NCBI GenBank assembly: GCA_002309765.1
Contig: DBXY01000058.1
Location: 8,989 to 72,988 of the forward strand
Direction of reading: 5' to 3'
Source: Verrucomicrobia bacterium UBA1200
GTDB lineage: Bacteria; Verrucomicrobiota; Kiritimatiellia; RFP12; UBA1067
DNA: 64,000 bases
Shown: positions 1 to 9,734 of the stretch, piece after piece
How positions within the stretch are numbered: position 1 is the first letter of the stretch
How the letters are laid out: every line of letters starts with the position of its first letter
Made by a program: the position numbers and the translations under genes
Notes under the pieces: generated by a model
Database searches by the model: none
The model's input: only the letters and a program-made list of their open reading frames with translations
Told to the model about the DNA's origin: nothing

Positions 1-815
1 TTGTGGCCGGGGCCGTAAAACCAATCATCGGCGGAAGAGGACAAAATCGGCTTGGCTTTGCCGGCCGTCAGATTATTGCCCTCCCGGTCGGAGTACGGTC
101 CTTTGACCGATTTGGAGCGGCCCACGGTCAAATAGTAAGTGTGGTTGGCGTAGTGTCCGCCGGAGACAAACAGATACCACCATCCGTTTCGATGCATCAC
201 GTATGAGCCTTCATACGCGCCGACCATCTTCGATTCCGGCTTGCGGATGCCCGCCACATGGAGCGGTTTCGCGCCGGACGCAATGGACAAACCATCGGAA
301 GCGAGGTCCACCACATGTACCCCGTCGGCCAAACTGCCGAAAAACATCATCGCTTTCCCGTCGACGGTTAACACAAACGGATCAATCGCGTTAAGAATAC
401 CTTCCCTTCGCGTGTCAATAACCACACCCCTAAACTCAAACGGCCCGGTAGGACGGGTTGACGTGAGGGCCGCAATTTTGCAATCGTCGTCGCTAATGAA
501 AAGCGAAATGTACAATACCCAATTATTGCCGATGCGAGTCACGCATGGTGCCCAAATGTTCCGCGAGATCGCCTCCAGTTTACCCCTAGCGTCAGGGGAA
601 ATAGGACTATCCCCGGTGTCAGTCCAGGAAATCAGGTCACTGCTGGTCATCAATGTGCGCAAACCGGTCGCGACGCTGTAAAACTTACCGCCAGCATACC
701 ACACCGTAGGATCCGGCCAATCTTTCGCGATTACCGGATTCTGGAAATCCGCCAGCACCGCCCCGGCGGTAGCCAGCGACAACAACACGCCAAAAGAAAT
801 TTGCTTAATGTTCAT
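1..815 (-). CDS. glycoside hydrolase family 43-like protein (N-terminal part; 3' end runs off the window)
   Basis: Absent from the ORF track because there is no stop in the window. My translation from the ATG at 815-813 gives MNIKQISFGVLLSLATAGAVLADFQNPVIAKDWPDPTVWYAGGKFY...NIWAPCV...YEGSYVMHRNGWWYLFVSGG. That is a signal peptide plus the DP / WAP / EG blocks typical of five-bladed GH43 propellers. Confidence 0.7.
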   Translation of the reverse strand, partial: MNIKQISFGVLLSLATAGAVLADFQNPVIAKDWPDPTVWYAGGKFYSVATGLRTLMTSSDLISWTDTGDSPISPDARGKLEAISRNIWAPCVTRIGNNWVLYISLFISDDDCKIAALTSTRPTGPFEFRGVVIDTRREGILNAIDPFVLTVDGKAMMFFGSLADGVHVVDLASDGLSIASGAKPLHVAGIRKPESKMVGAYEGSYVMHRNGWWYLFVSGGHYANHTYYLTVGRSKSVKGPYSDREGNNLTAGKAKPILSSSADDWFYGPGH

Positions 816-902
816 AACGGTTAATACACTAACAAAAATCACCACGCGATTCAACCACTTTCTAGAATAAAAACAGTTAGGCCGATTTCACCACTTTTAC
901 CC

Positions 903-931
903 TTGCCCAAAATAGGGCAATATGAGATAAT
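903..931 (+). promoter_or_regulatory. candidate sigma70-type promoter with embedded 6-6-6 palindrome
   Basis: TTGCCC (903-908), 17 nt spacer, GATAAT (926-931), about 70 nt upstream of the 1001 start. TTGCCC-aaaata-GGGCAA (903-920) is a perfect hairpin or operator-like palindrome. Confidence 0.3.
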
Positions 932-1000
932 TAACGCGTTTAGTAGCTTGTTTCAGTTGACTCAGACGGTTGCGGCCGTTGGTTTGGGGAAGTTATTACT

Positions 1001-3064
1001 ATGGGAAAAACAGCAATCTACATTGTCTCATTGGCATTGTTGGCGATTTCGGTATTCGTGCGCCTTCCCGCTTCCGGCGCGGAGGTTGATAAACCTTTGG
1101 AGGCCGCCCCGTTCTCTGTAATTCGTTTGAGAAAACGGCAATCCGACGAAGCCGACACATGGCGGGCAACGCTTGAACAGTTCGCCAAATACCGCGCCGC
1201 AGTGGACGAGGTTTGGTTTTCCACCGGCATCAACTTCCCCAAGATCGAAGTGCACCAAGCCGCCGCCGAACGTCTCGCCGTCGCTGCAAACGACCTCAGA
1301 AAGCTCGGCATTCTCCCCTCTGTCCAGATCCAGGCTACTATCGGACACGGCGATTTTCTAGCGTTGCATTCCGACAATTCAGGCATCACTTGGCAGCGTT
1401 ACACCGCCTCCGACGGCACGACGGCTCAAACCCAGAACTGCCCGCGGGCACCGGAATTTCTAACCTATATGCGCGAAATGGCCAGCGCATACGCCAAGGC
1501 CGTGAAACCGTATTCGGTGTGGGTAGACGATGATATACGCATCATTAACCACCACTCCAATGGTGGCAACAGCGGATGGGGATGCCATTGCGAGCATTGC
1601 CTGTCGCTCTTCGCGCAAAAAGAGGGCAAAGAGCGGACTCGCGAACAACTGCTAAAAGACATCAAACAAGACAGCGAACTTGCCGACCGTTGGCGCGCGT
1701 TTGCGTTCGAAGGAGAAACGGAGCTCGCCAAAGCAATTGCGGAAGCCGTGCACGAGGTTTCGCCGCAAACACGCATGTGTCTGCAACAACCGGGCGCGTG
1801 TTTTCCGGAACACAAAGCGATTTATGAAGCGTTTCATGCCACCACCGGCTTGGGGGTCGGAATGCGTGCTGGAGCCGGATCGTATCGTGATCATGACGCC
1901 CGCGACCAGATTCTCAAAGCGTATATTCTCGCACGGCAAATTGAAACCATCGGGCCGCTGCCCTTTATGGACTGGATCTGCATGGAAGTCGAAACCTTCC
2001 CCCGCACCTTTGCGTGCCGTACCGGGAGAGGCGTTATCCTTGAGGCTCTGGAATCGCTGTCGCAAGGCATGAACGCCATTTCCGTGTTCGCGATTGATGC
2101 CGGGTACGAACCGCCGGAATGGTACGGTTCTGAGATTCTTTCCCCGATGGCAAACAACATTGCAATGCTCAAAAGGTATGTGCGAATCAACGAGGGGGCG
2201 AAACGTGCCGGTTACGGATTATCACGAACCCCCGACCTGCCCCTTCGCACATCATCCCTGCCGCTCGACGTCACAGTAGGCGAACGGCGTTCCGGATTCG
2301 CGCACATCCTAACCCTGAAGGATGCCGAAGCCGTAATCAGCAGCGGCAAAAAGGCGATGGACAAGCTGTTTTCCGAGGATTTGATTATTGACGGACCGAC
2401 CGCACACAAACTCGTCAGCTCCGGATACGCCGGCGAGATCGGACTTTCCGGATGCAAAAGTTTAGGAGACGCTTCCGGAATTCGAGAGCGATTTACCAGC
2501 AACCAATTATGCGAAGGCATTGCTTCCCGTGAAGTTCCGATAACCGGTAACACTTACGTTCTTGAGCCGGCGGCGGGCGCGACGATTGTCGGCAACTATG
2601 GCGACGACATGAACAAAGATTTCATTGCCGGTCCGGCGTGCATCATGTTTGAAACGCCAAGCGGACGCCGACGCGCCGTGTTCGGATACGACGCTCTGGG
2701 CGGATCGCTCGCCAACGCCTCCGGCGGCCACGTGTTACGATTGCATCGGCTCGCCGATTGGGCATCGCACGGCAAGTCACCAATCCTATTGGAAACGCCA
2801 ACCAGATCCTTCGTCCAACCGCGAATCCGCGAGAACGGCACACTGGTATCAATCGTCTTCGTTAACGCCACGGTCGGGACTACCCAACCGGTAAAGCTGA
2901 AACTTCGCGGGATACCTGCGGACGCGGTTAAAGCCGTGTGGTCGACTTTCGATGCCGAAGATGCGGAGCTTGCCATCGTTCGCGAAGGCAAAGATGCGCT
3001 GGTAACGTTACCGCCGGTTCCGGCATGGACTGGCGGATATCTCTTTTTCTTGCCCCAAAGCTGA
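1001..3064 (+). CDS. secreted hypothetical protein, possible TIM-barrel glycosidase with GH42-like Cys4 cluster
   Basis: 687-aa ORF with N-terminal hydrophobic signal/anchor MGKTAIYIVSLALLAISVFVRLPASGA. The motif NCP-x47-GCHCEHC (C-x47-C-x-C-x2-C) resembles the zinc site I recall from GH42 beta-galactosidases. No firm family assignment. Confidence 0.7.
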   Translation: MGKTAIYIVSLALLAISVFVRLPASGAEVDKPLEAAPFSVIRLRKRQSDEADTWRATLEQFAKYRAAVDEVWFSTGINFPKIEVHQAAAERLAVAANDLRKLGILPSVQIQATIGHGDFLALHSDNSGITWQRYTASDGTTAQTQNCPRAPEFLTYMREMASAYAKAVKPYSVWVDDDIRIINHHSNGGNSGWGCHCEHCLSLFAQKEGKERTREQLLKDIKQDSELADRWRAFAFEGETELAKAIAEAVHEVSPQTRMCLQQPGACFPEHKAIYEAFHATTGLGVGMRAGAGSYRDHDARDQILKAYILARQIETIGPLPFMDWICMEVETFPRTFACRTGRGVILEALESLSQGMNAISVFAIDAGYEPPEWYGSEILSPMANNIAMLKRYVRINEGAKRAGYGLSRTPDLPLRTSSLPLDVTVGERRSGFAHILTLKDAEAVISSGKKAMDKLFSEDLIIDGPTAHKLVSSGYAGEIGLSGCKSLGDASGIRERFTSNQLCEGIASREVPITGNTYVLEPAAGATIVGNYGDDMNKDFIAGPACIMFETPSGRRRAVFGYDALGGSLANASGGHVLRLHRLADWASHGKSPILLETPTRSFVQPRIRENGTLVSIVFVNATVGTTQPVKLKLRGIPADAVKAVWSTFDAEDAELAIVREGKDALVTLPPVPAWTGGYLFFLPQS

Positions 3065-3084
3065 ATGGTTAGGATTAACGTTTT

Positions 3085-4134
3085 ATGCAAATACGGAGAA
3101 TAACGCCTTGGATTGTTTTAGCTGCGGCGGTGGCGCTGGCGGCGGTTCAAAGCCGTCGGCTGGCCGCGATCCGCCAATCCGGGATGCCCGAAGCGTATCC
3201 GGGCTACACGGCCGACCCGCCGCCGGCACTGACATTCGTCATGGCCGGATTGGGCGGATTCCGCGGTATTGTCTCCGAGGTGCTGTGGTTTCGCGCCGAG
3301 CGACTTCAGGAAGAGTCCCGTTATCTTGAACTGGTGCAGTTAGCAGACTGGTTAACCATGCTCGATCCCCACGCCGCGGAGGCTTGGGTTTACAACGCCT
3401 GGAATCTGGCCTACAACGTCAGCGTGATGATGATTCGCCACGAAGACCGTTTGCGCTGGGTACAGAACGGCATCCGGTTGCTGCGCGATGACGGAATCCG
3501 CATGAACCCCAAGGAGCCAAGATTATACCGGGAACTAGCGTGGATGTACATGAACAAAGTGGGCGGAACGCTCGATGAAGCCCATGCGACTTACCAGAAA
3601 ACGCTGGCCGACCGCATGGCCCCGTGCGTTGACGCCAACGGTAAGCTTGCCGACAGTCCGGAATGCCGGGCCGTACTCGCGGAACACCGGATGGATGCCG
3701 ACAAGATGCTTGAAATCGAGAAGCGTTTCGGTCCGGTTGACTGGCGGTTGCCCGAAGCCCATTCCTTGTATTGGGCTTGGCTGGGGTTGCAGTTTCCCGA
3801 TGGCGGGCTGGAAGAGTTGATGTGCCGCCGTCTGATTTATCAGTCGCTGCTGCTGATTATTATCACCAACCCCTCCGCCGCCCATTCGGTTGCCGACCGA
3901 CTTAAGCTGGTCCCCGCCACCACCGATTTCTTTACCGAAACATTCGAGAAATTCCCTTCCCGAACCATGCGATCGGTTTACCTGCAGTATCTGGCAAAAA
4001 TCGCTGCGCTGGCACGGGAAAACGAACGGGAAGACATTGTCCGCGAATGCCACACGCGTTTTGCCAAAGCCTTGCCGGCCGGCGTAAAGCCGCCGACGAT
4101 TGAAGAAATGATCCAAGAAGCCAAACGCCAGTGA
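3085..4134 (+). CDS. hypothetical membrane-anchored protein
   Basis: 349-aa ORF with an N-terminal TM segment (ITPWIVLAAAVALAAV). It lies 20 nt after the previous gene and 9 nt before rarA. No recognisable catalytic motif. Confidence 0.6.
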   Translation: MQIRRITPWIVLAAAVALAAVQSRRLAAIRQSGMPEAYPGYTADPPPALTFVMAGLGGFRGIVSEVLWFRAERLQEESRYLELVQLADWLTMLDPHAAEAWVYNAWNLAYNVSVMMIRHEDRLRWVQNGIRLLRDDGIRMNPKEPRLYRELAWMYMNKVGGTLDEAHATYQKTLADRMAPCVDANGKLADSPECRAVLAEHRMDADKMLEIEKRFGPVDWRLPEAHSLYWAWLGLQFPDGGLEELMCRRLIYQSLLLIIITNPSAAHSVADRLKLVPATTDFFTETFEKFPSRTMRSVYLQYLAKIAALARENEREDIVRECHTRFAKALPAGVKPPTIEEMIQEAKRQ

Positions 4135-4143
4135 TTCTTTACC

Positions 4144-5478
4144 ATGGACGACGACGATCTCTTTAACGAAACCGAGGAAAATGTAGAAACCGGCAACACG
4201 CCGCCGCCATTGGCGGCGCGGATGCGCCCGGTTACCCTTGAAGAGGTATTGGGGCAAGACCACATCCTCGGCCCCGGCAAATTGCTGCGCCGGGTCATCG
4301 AGGCAGACCGGTTGACCAATCTGATTTTTTACGGTCCGCCCGGATGCGGGAAAACCACTTTAGCCGAAGTGATCGCAAAAGTCACCAAAAGGCGTTTCGA
4401 ACGTACCAGCGGGGTGCTGTCCAACGTAGCCACGCTGCGCAACATCTGCGAGAACGCAAGACTGTTCCGAAACGGTCCGGGTACGGTGCTGTTCGTGGAC
4501 GAAATCCACCGTTTCAACAAATCGCAACAGGACGTGCTTTTGCCGTACGTCGAGAATGGTACCGTGACACTGATCGGCGCGACCACGCACAACCCCAACA
4601 TTTTCGTCAACTCGCCGCTCACTTCCCGTTCACTGGTTTTTGAGCTTCACGCCTTGGCTCCGGACGCGGTGATTAAACTGGTGGAACGCGCATTGGCCGA
4701 CGATCAACGCGGTTTGGGCGCCATTAAAACCCGCATGGACGAGGCCGCCAAGAATTTTCTGGCAGAAATTTGCGATGGCGATGCGAGACGGGCGCTGACC
4801 GCGCTTGAAGTCGCGGTACGCTCCACCGCGCCGGATGAAAACGGCGTGGTAAACATCACCCCGGCGGTGATTGAGGATTGCGTGCAGCGGAAGATGGTTC
4901 TTTACGACAAAGATGAAGACGGGCATTACGACACTATCTCCGCCTTCATTAAATCCGTGCGCGGATCCGACCCTGACGCCGCCATTTATTGGTTGGCGAA
5001 AATGCTTGAGGCCGGTGAAGACCCGCGTTTTATCGCGCGGCGGCTGATTATTCTGGCCTCGGAAGACATTGGTAACGCCGACCCGCGCGGTCTTACGGTA
5101 GCGGTGTCCGCCATGCAGGCGGTAGAGTTCATCGGCATGCCGGAAGCCCGGATTTCATTGGCCCAAGCCACCACTTATCTGGCCACCGCGCCCAAAAGCA
5201 ATGCCTCCTATCTGGCGGTGGACGCGGCAATAGCGGATGTTCGCGCCGGGAGAATGCTCGCCGTTCCGGAACACTTGAAAAACGTTCACGTCAAAGCCAT
5301 CGGGGTGGAAGGCTTAGACACCGGATACAAATATCCGCACGACTTTAGCGGCCATTTGGTGGAGCAGGAATATCTTCCGGTTGACAAAAGATACTACAAC
5401 CCCACCAATCAAGGTTACGAAGACACAATCTCGAAACGTCTGGAGATATTCCGAAAGGCCACTAAGAAGAAAAGTTAA
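4144..5478 (+). CDS. rarA: replication-associated recombination protein A (AAA+ ATPase)
   Basis: Walker A GPPGCGKTTLAEVIA, Walker B VLFVDEIHRFNK, sensor GATTHNP, and an MgsA-type C-terminal domain (YDxISAFIKSxRGSDPDAAxYWLA). Confidence 0.9.
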   Translation: MDDDDLFNETEENVETGNTPPPLAARMRPVTLEEVLGQDHILGPGKLLRRVIEADRLTNLIFYGPPGCGKTTLAEVIAKVTKRRFERTSGVLSNVATLRNICENARLFRNGPGTVLFVDEIHRFNKSQQDVLLPYVENGTVTLIGATTHNPNIFVNSPLTSRSLVFELHALAPDAVIKLVERALADDQRGLGAIKTRMDEAAKNFLAEICDGDARRALTALEVAVRSTAPDENGVVNITPAVIEDCVQRKMVLYDKDEDGHYDTISAFIKSVRGSDPDAAIYWLAKMLEAGEDPRFIARRLIILASEDIGNADPRGLTVAVSAMQAVEFIGMPEARISLAQATTYLATAPKSNASYLAVDAAIADVRAGRMLAVPEHLKNVHVKAIGVEGLDTGYKYPHDFSGHLVEQEYLPVDKRYYNPTNQGYEDTISKRLEIFRKATKKKS

Positions 5479-5481
5479 CGG

Positions 5482-8229
5482 TCAAGGCATCTCGCCGAAG
5501 AAAAAGTCATCGATGTAGAATGCCGTGGCGGCATCCGCCAAAGATCCCATACCTAGCCACTGCATCGCGGTGAAGCTGGGATTAATTGAAGCAAGCTGTT
5601 TGTACTCTGCGGTAGGCTGGCCCTGACGCTCAATTTTAACCGACCATACCGGCGCCCCTTTCTTAGGAAACTCCATGCGAACGGTGATAAACATCCAAGT
5701 GTCAGGCTGAATGTCAATCTTATCAAAACGCGAATCCTGGTTGTCGCCGCCGGATTTAATCAACAGCTTGTTGTCTTTAGCATAGATTCCAAAACCAACC
5801 ACAAACTCCTTCCCCTGGACCGAATAATCGCGCCACTCGTAAAACCAATCCTGGTTGGCTTCGGTACGGAAGGCGAAACGGTTTTCATACACTCCTTGGG
5901 TCAAGTTACAGGGCAGGAAGACATGCGGGTTGAAACGTCCCTTAAGCCCTTGGGCATCCTGGAACTTGAGCGACCGATTGCCGCGATAAGACACGCCTTC
6001 CACCACCCCGACGGAATCGCCTTTGCCCTCGACATGGACTTTCGCCTCGAACAGCGCCTTACCAACCGGAATGTCTTCAAAATCACAGTAGACCGGCAAC
6101 AAATTGATCGAACGCGGAGCCGGAGGATGCCGGAACGGCCGATGCGAAATTCCGTCCGCCTTTTTGCGCCAAGCTTTGCCAACCGGACCGATTTCACTGT
6201 AATCAAACGGCTCAAATCCGGCCAACACCGCCGGCGATTTCTTACCTAAGCGGAAGTCGCGACGGGCGGCGTTTTTGAATCCCGGATCCATCGCCACCGA
6301 ACCCACATCCTGCGACTCATTCTGCCATCCACCCCAGTCGCGGCCAAGAAAAGCTTTATCGGGGAAACCATTGGGATTCCAATAAATGTTCTTGCCGAAA
6401 CGCAAGTCGTCCGCACTCCCGGCAGACCCTTTCCAACCGCGGGTAATCGCCGGAGATTCGTTATCCCAATAAATGATGTTGTTGGTCAGGCACAGTGTCG
6501 GATGGTTCTCAATCCGGCTGCGCTGAATCTGACCGTCGGCGCTGAACGCCAAAATGTTGTTGCGGAAAAGGTTATTCTTGCCGTAATGCTGGTGAATGCA
6601 ACCGGTTGCAACATCGTGCACCAAATTTTTCTCAAACACCAGATTGGCGGTTCCTTCATCGGTGTAAAGCCCCCAACCGCCCCGCGGATAGCGGCTTGAC
6701 CAAATGTCGTGGATATGGTTGTGCGACACAACCGACCCGGTCTGGTCGCCCAAAGTGTATATGGCACCCATATCGCACAGTACCTCTTTGCCGAGGTGGT
6801 GAATGTGGTTGTAGGAAATCTCGTTGTTGCGGGTAATGGTCGGAGCATAGCCCCAAGTCCATCCCATTGAGATCCCGGTGTAATAGAAGTCGGAAATGTC
6901 GCAGTGGGTAACGCTGACCCCGAAGGCTTTTCCAATCCACACGCCAACCGCGCCAGGGAACAGATTGTCGCCGTCGTGCAAAATGCAATTGTAAATTTGG
7001 ACATCACCGGTCAACTGCGAGGATGGCGTATCCGGTCCGACCGTAGTGTCGCCAACATAAACCGCACCGCCGCCCAAATCGTGGATTTCGCACTGTTCGA
7101 CCAAAATATGGCGGCAACCCTCGCTAAAACGGATACCATGACTGCCAACGTGGGCGATTTCGCAATTACGGAAAACCACGTCATGGGCGGAACGAACCTC
7201 AATCGCCGCCGGTTGGTTCACCGCGGCCTGAGAATCGCCTTGTCCGTTTTCAGGCAACCAATATCCGGCATAGCGGAAACTAATTCCGTCAAAAGCGATG
7301 TCACGGACAAGATTTGAGGTCGTATTTTCACCGTAAATCTTTACAAATGCGTCCGTCACCGGAGCGATGGCCATGGTCAGATCCACCGACTCGCCTTTGA
7401 GTGGCAAATAACACAAACGACCGGACGCATAATCGGCATACCATTCGCCCGGACAATCCAAAGCCTCGCGGTAATTCTCAAGCACATAGCGGGGTTCGCT
7501 TCCGCCCCAATTGAAATAAGGCCACGGAGTGGCTGCCGTACCCACCACAAGCCCGGTCTTGCCATCCACATGCTGCAGTCTCGCCTGACTGGCTTCCCAG
7601 GAATGGAAAACCCTGACCACCACCTCCGACAAAGTGTCGGGGCGCTTTCTGGCCACATTCTCCAAATCCTCCGGATACGCCATAAACGCCCGCCGCGATA
7701 GGTCTGCGTCCGGTTTACCGGTCACCGGATCGGTACCGAACGGAACCGGTTTGCGCATGTAATAGTAAAACTCGTTCGGCGACTTTGCCCGCTGGGCACG
7801 GCGGCCATTGATGTAAAGCTGCTCAAAGGTCATGCCTTCCGGCAAATCGGACTGCCACATTCCGTGGACCTGCTGCTCAAACTTGTAAAGCGTGCGCCCG
7901 CCGGACACCACCACCGAAGCGTTTTTAGCCGCCTTGAAATGAAGGTGCGAATCGGAAAAAGTGAACTCCAGGGGATGGTCAATCGAGTACCAACCGGAAA
8001 GCACCTCGACCTCCACCGGCGCGTCAAACGCGATCTGCCCCGACCTGCGCAACGCGCGGGCACGGTTGCGGGCTCCCTCAAACGTTGCCAAAGGACCGTC
8101 GTTAAGCGCTTTTGTCGGCAGCTTCAACGAGCCGGTCCACGCGTCGTTGCCACGCGGTGAAACATAAATCGTCTCCGCCATTCCCCACACGGCGGGCAAA
8201 GCACACACCCAAAACAGAATGCTTTTCAT
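5482..8229 (-). CDS. secreted right-handed parallel beta-helix repeat protein (polysaccharide lyase/hydrolase-like) with C-terminal lectin-like domain
   Basis: I moved the start from 8367 to the ATG at 8229: signal peptide MKSILFWVCALPAVWGMA, with AAAGGGAGAGAG upstream. Repeated NxxxHDxxxxGI/V beta-helix turns are present (e.g. NCEIAHVGSHGI, QCEIHDLGGGAV, NCILHDGD, HCDISDFYYTGIS). Confidence 0.8.
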   Translation of the reverse strand: MKSILFWVCALPAVWGMAETIYVSPRGNDAWTGSLKLPTKALNDGPLATFEGARNRARALRRSGQIAFDAPVEVEVLSGWYSIDHPLEFTFSDSHLHFKAAKNASVVVSGGRTLYKFEQQVHGMWQSDLPEGMTFEQLYINGRRAQRAKSPNEFYYYMRKPVPFGTDPVTGKPDADLSRRAFMAYPEDLENVARKRPDTLSEVVVRVFHSWEASQARLQHVDGKTGLVVGTAATPWPYFNWGGSEPRYVLENYREALDCPGEWYADYASGRLCYLPLKGESVDLTMAIAPVTDAFVKIYGENTTSNLVRDIAFDGISFRYAGYWLPENGQGDSQAAVNQPAAIEVRSAHDVVFRNCEIAHVGSHGIRFSEGCRHILVEQCEIHDLGGGAVYVGDTTVGPDTPSSQLTGDVQIYNCILHDGDNLFPGAVGVWIGKAFGVSVTHCDISDFYYTGISMGWTWGYAPTITRNNEISYNHIHHLGKEVLCDMGAIYTLGDQTGSVVSHNHIHDIWSSRYPRGGWGLYTDEGTANLVFEKNLVHDVATGCIHQHYGKNNLFRNNILAFSADGQIQRSRIENHPTLCLTNNIIYWDNESPAITRGWKGSAGSADDLRFGKNIYWNPNGFPDKAFLGRDWGGWQNESQDVGSVAMDPGFKNAARRDFRLGKKSPAVLAGFEPFDYSEIGPVGKAWRKKADGISHRPFRHPPAPRSINLLPVYCDFEDIPVGKALFEAKVHVEGKGDSVGVVEGVSYRGNRSLKFQDAQGLKGRFNPHVFLPCNLTQGVYENRFAFRTEANQDWFYEWRDYSVQGKEFVVGFGIYAKDNKLLIKSGGDNQDSRFDKIDIQPDTWMFITVRMEFPKKGAPVWSVKIERQGQPTAEYKQLASINPSFTAMQWLGMGSLADAATAFYIDDFFFGEMP

Positions 8230-8276
8230 AACTCTCTCCCTTTGTTTATTCGCCGCCAACCATGGCCGGCGGCATT

Positions 8277-9731
8277 TTAAGACTTGAAATCGCGCAAATG
8301 GCCCAAAAGCGACCGAAACCCTCTCCAATAAAATTTCATGTCCTCTATCGGAGATTTCGTGGAACACAACCGGCGCAATACCGTCTCCGGATGCATAAAC
8401 GCACGGTAGACCTCACGGATCGCCGCCTTAATCTGCTCTTCCGGAACCCCTGACCGCATCACCTGCCGGCGCATGTCGAAATCGTCCCAATCCTCGGTCA
8501 GCAACTGACCATTCTCCCGCACCTCGCGAAAAAGCGGAGTGCCGGGGTACGGAACCACCTGTGTGACCTGCAACGTATAAGCGTAACCTTTGCGAAGCAG
8601 CCGACGGGCCAGACATACCGTGTTGGCAATTTCGCGCTCCCCCTCCCACGGATATCCCAGCATCACCGTGACGTGCACATCCAATCCGGCTTTTGACGCC
8701 TCTTTTGCCCCCCGCTCGATCTCTTCAACCTTAAGCGCCTTTACCAGCCGGTCAAGCGTAGTCTGGTTGGCAGATTCCAATCCGAACAACACCAAACGGA
8801 ACCCCGCCTTACGCATCAATTGGTACGTCTCAAAATCCAACTTACCAAACCGCATATTGCAGTCGATGCGCAACTTCTTGGGATAGCCGCGCCGAATCAT
8901 TTCATTACAGAAAATCTTCAGCCACTCGCCCACCGGAAAGCTGCCGGTGTCGTCCATTATCTCGCGAACGCCGTAACGATCGATTAAATCGCCGATTTCA
9001 TCCACCACATCAATCGGATCGCGGGTTCGGTAGTTCGGGTAAAGCGTAGTCCAAGAGCAAAAAGTGCACTTTCCGTGCCAACAGTCACGTCCGGACATGA
9101 TGTAAGTGCCAGGAGTCTTACGGTAGTTGCCGTTTCGTTCGGCATAAAGTTTCCAGCAAGTCAAATCCCGGTCGATCCACGGAAGCGTCCTAAGGTCATG
9201 ATTCAACTGGAAACGCCCGGTATTCTCAACCTCTCCGGCGGCGTTACGATACCACACGCCCGGCGGATAATCGTGGCTGACCGCCGTCAGCTGCCCCAAC
9301 AATTCAAGCAGCAGGAAATCGTAATCTCCCCCGGTCAGGATAAAATCCACCGGGCAGTTTTCCATCGTCTCCGCCGGTAGCGCGGTAACGTGGTCTCCCA
9401 CCATCACCACCGTGAGCGCCGGACGTTTCGCCTTTAATTCGGTGACGATCTTCCAGTGGCGTTTGACCACCGGAGTTTTGGTCTCGATCATCACCACATC
9501 CGGCTCGAAGGCGTCCAATCTCCGGCCAAACTCTTCGGGAGTCCAACCGGAGGCGATTCCGTCGAGCCAAACCACCTCGTGTCCCGCCCGCTTTGCCATG
9601 GTCGCCGCCAACGCCGGAACCACCGGATAAATGAACGTGGGACGGTTAAACCACTGAAACTGGCGGTTCTGCCCTAACAGCGGAACCCCCAGTTCAGACG
9701 GCAACGGCGGATAAGCGATGGCGACACGCAT
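8277..9731 (-). CDS. B12-binding-domain radical SAM protein
   Basis: 484 aa. The N-terminal Rossmann-like cobalamin-binding region (VVMIETKTP...VVMVGDHVT) is followed by the radical SAM cluster motif CWHGKCTFCSW (CxxxCxxC). The start lies 3 nt after the stop of the upstream CsgG-like gene. Confidence 0.85.
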   Translation of the reverse strand: MRVAIAYPPLPSELGVPLLGQNRQFQWFNRPTFIYPVVPALAATMAKRAGHEVVWLDGIASGWTPEEFGRRLDAFEPDVVMIETKTPVVKRHWKIVTELKAKRPALTVVMVGDHVTALPAETMENCPVDFILTGGDYDFLLLELLGQLTAVSHDYPPGVWYRNAAGEVENTGRFQLNHDLRTLPWIDRDLTCWKLYAERNGNYRKTPGTYIMSGRDCWHGKCTFCSWTTLYPNYRTRDPIDVVDEIGDLIDRYGVREIMDDTGSFPVGEWLKIFCNEMIRRGYPKKLRIDCNMRFGKLDFETYQLMRKAGFRLVLFGLESANQTTLDRLVKALKVEEIERGAKEASKAGLDVHVTVMLGYPWEGEREIANTVCLARRLLRKGYAYTLQVTQVVPYPGTPLFREVRENGQLLTEDWDDFDMRRQVMRSGVPEEQIKAAIREVYRAFMHPETVLRRLCSTKSPIEDMKFYWRGFRSLLGHLRDFKS

Positions 9732-9734
9732 CTT

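Noticed and set aside
5476-5484. Convergent rarA and beta-helix genes whose stops are 3 nt apart with no terminator hairpin.
   Set aside because: This was noted only as tight packing. Nothing in the sequence indicates a functional element, and transcription termination may occur inside the opposing gene.
8230-8367. The 46-codon 5' extension of the beta-helix ORF (track start at 8367).
   Set aside because: It overlaps the 3' end of the radical SAM gene and lacks a signal peptide. The internal ATG at 8229 is preceded by a purine-rich RBS and starts a canonical signal peptide.
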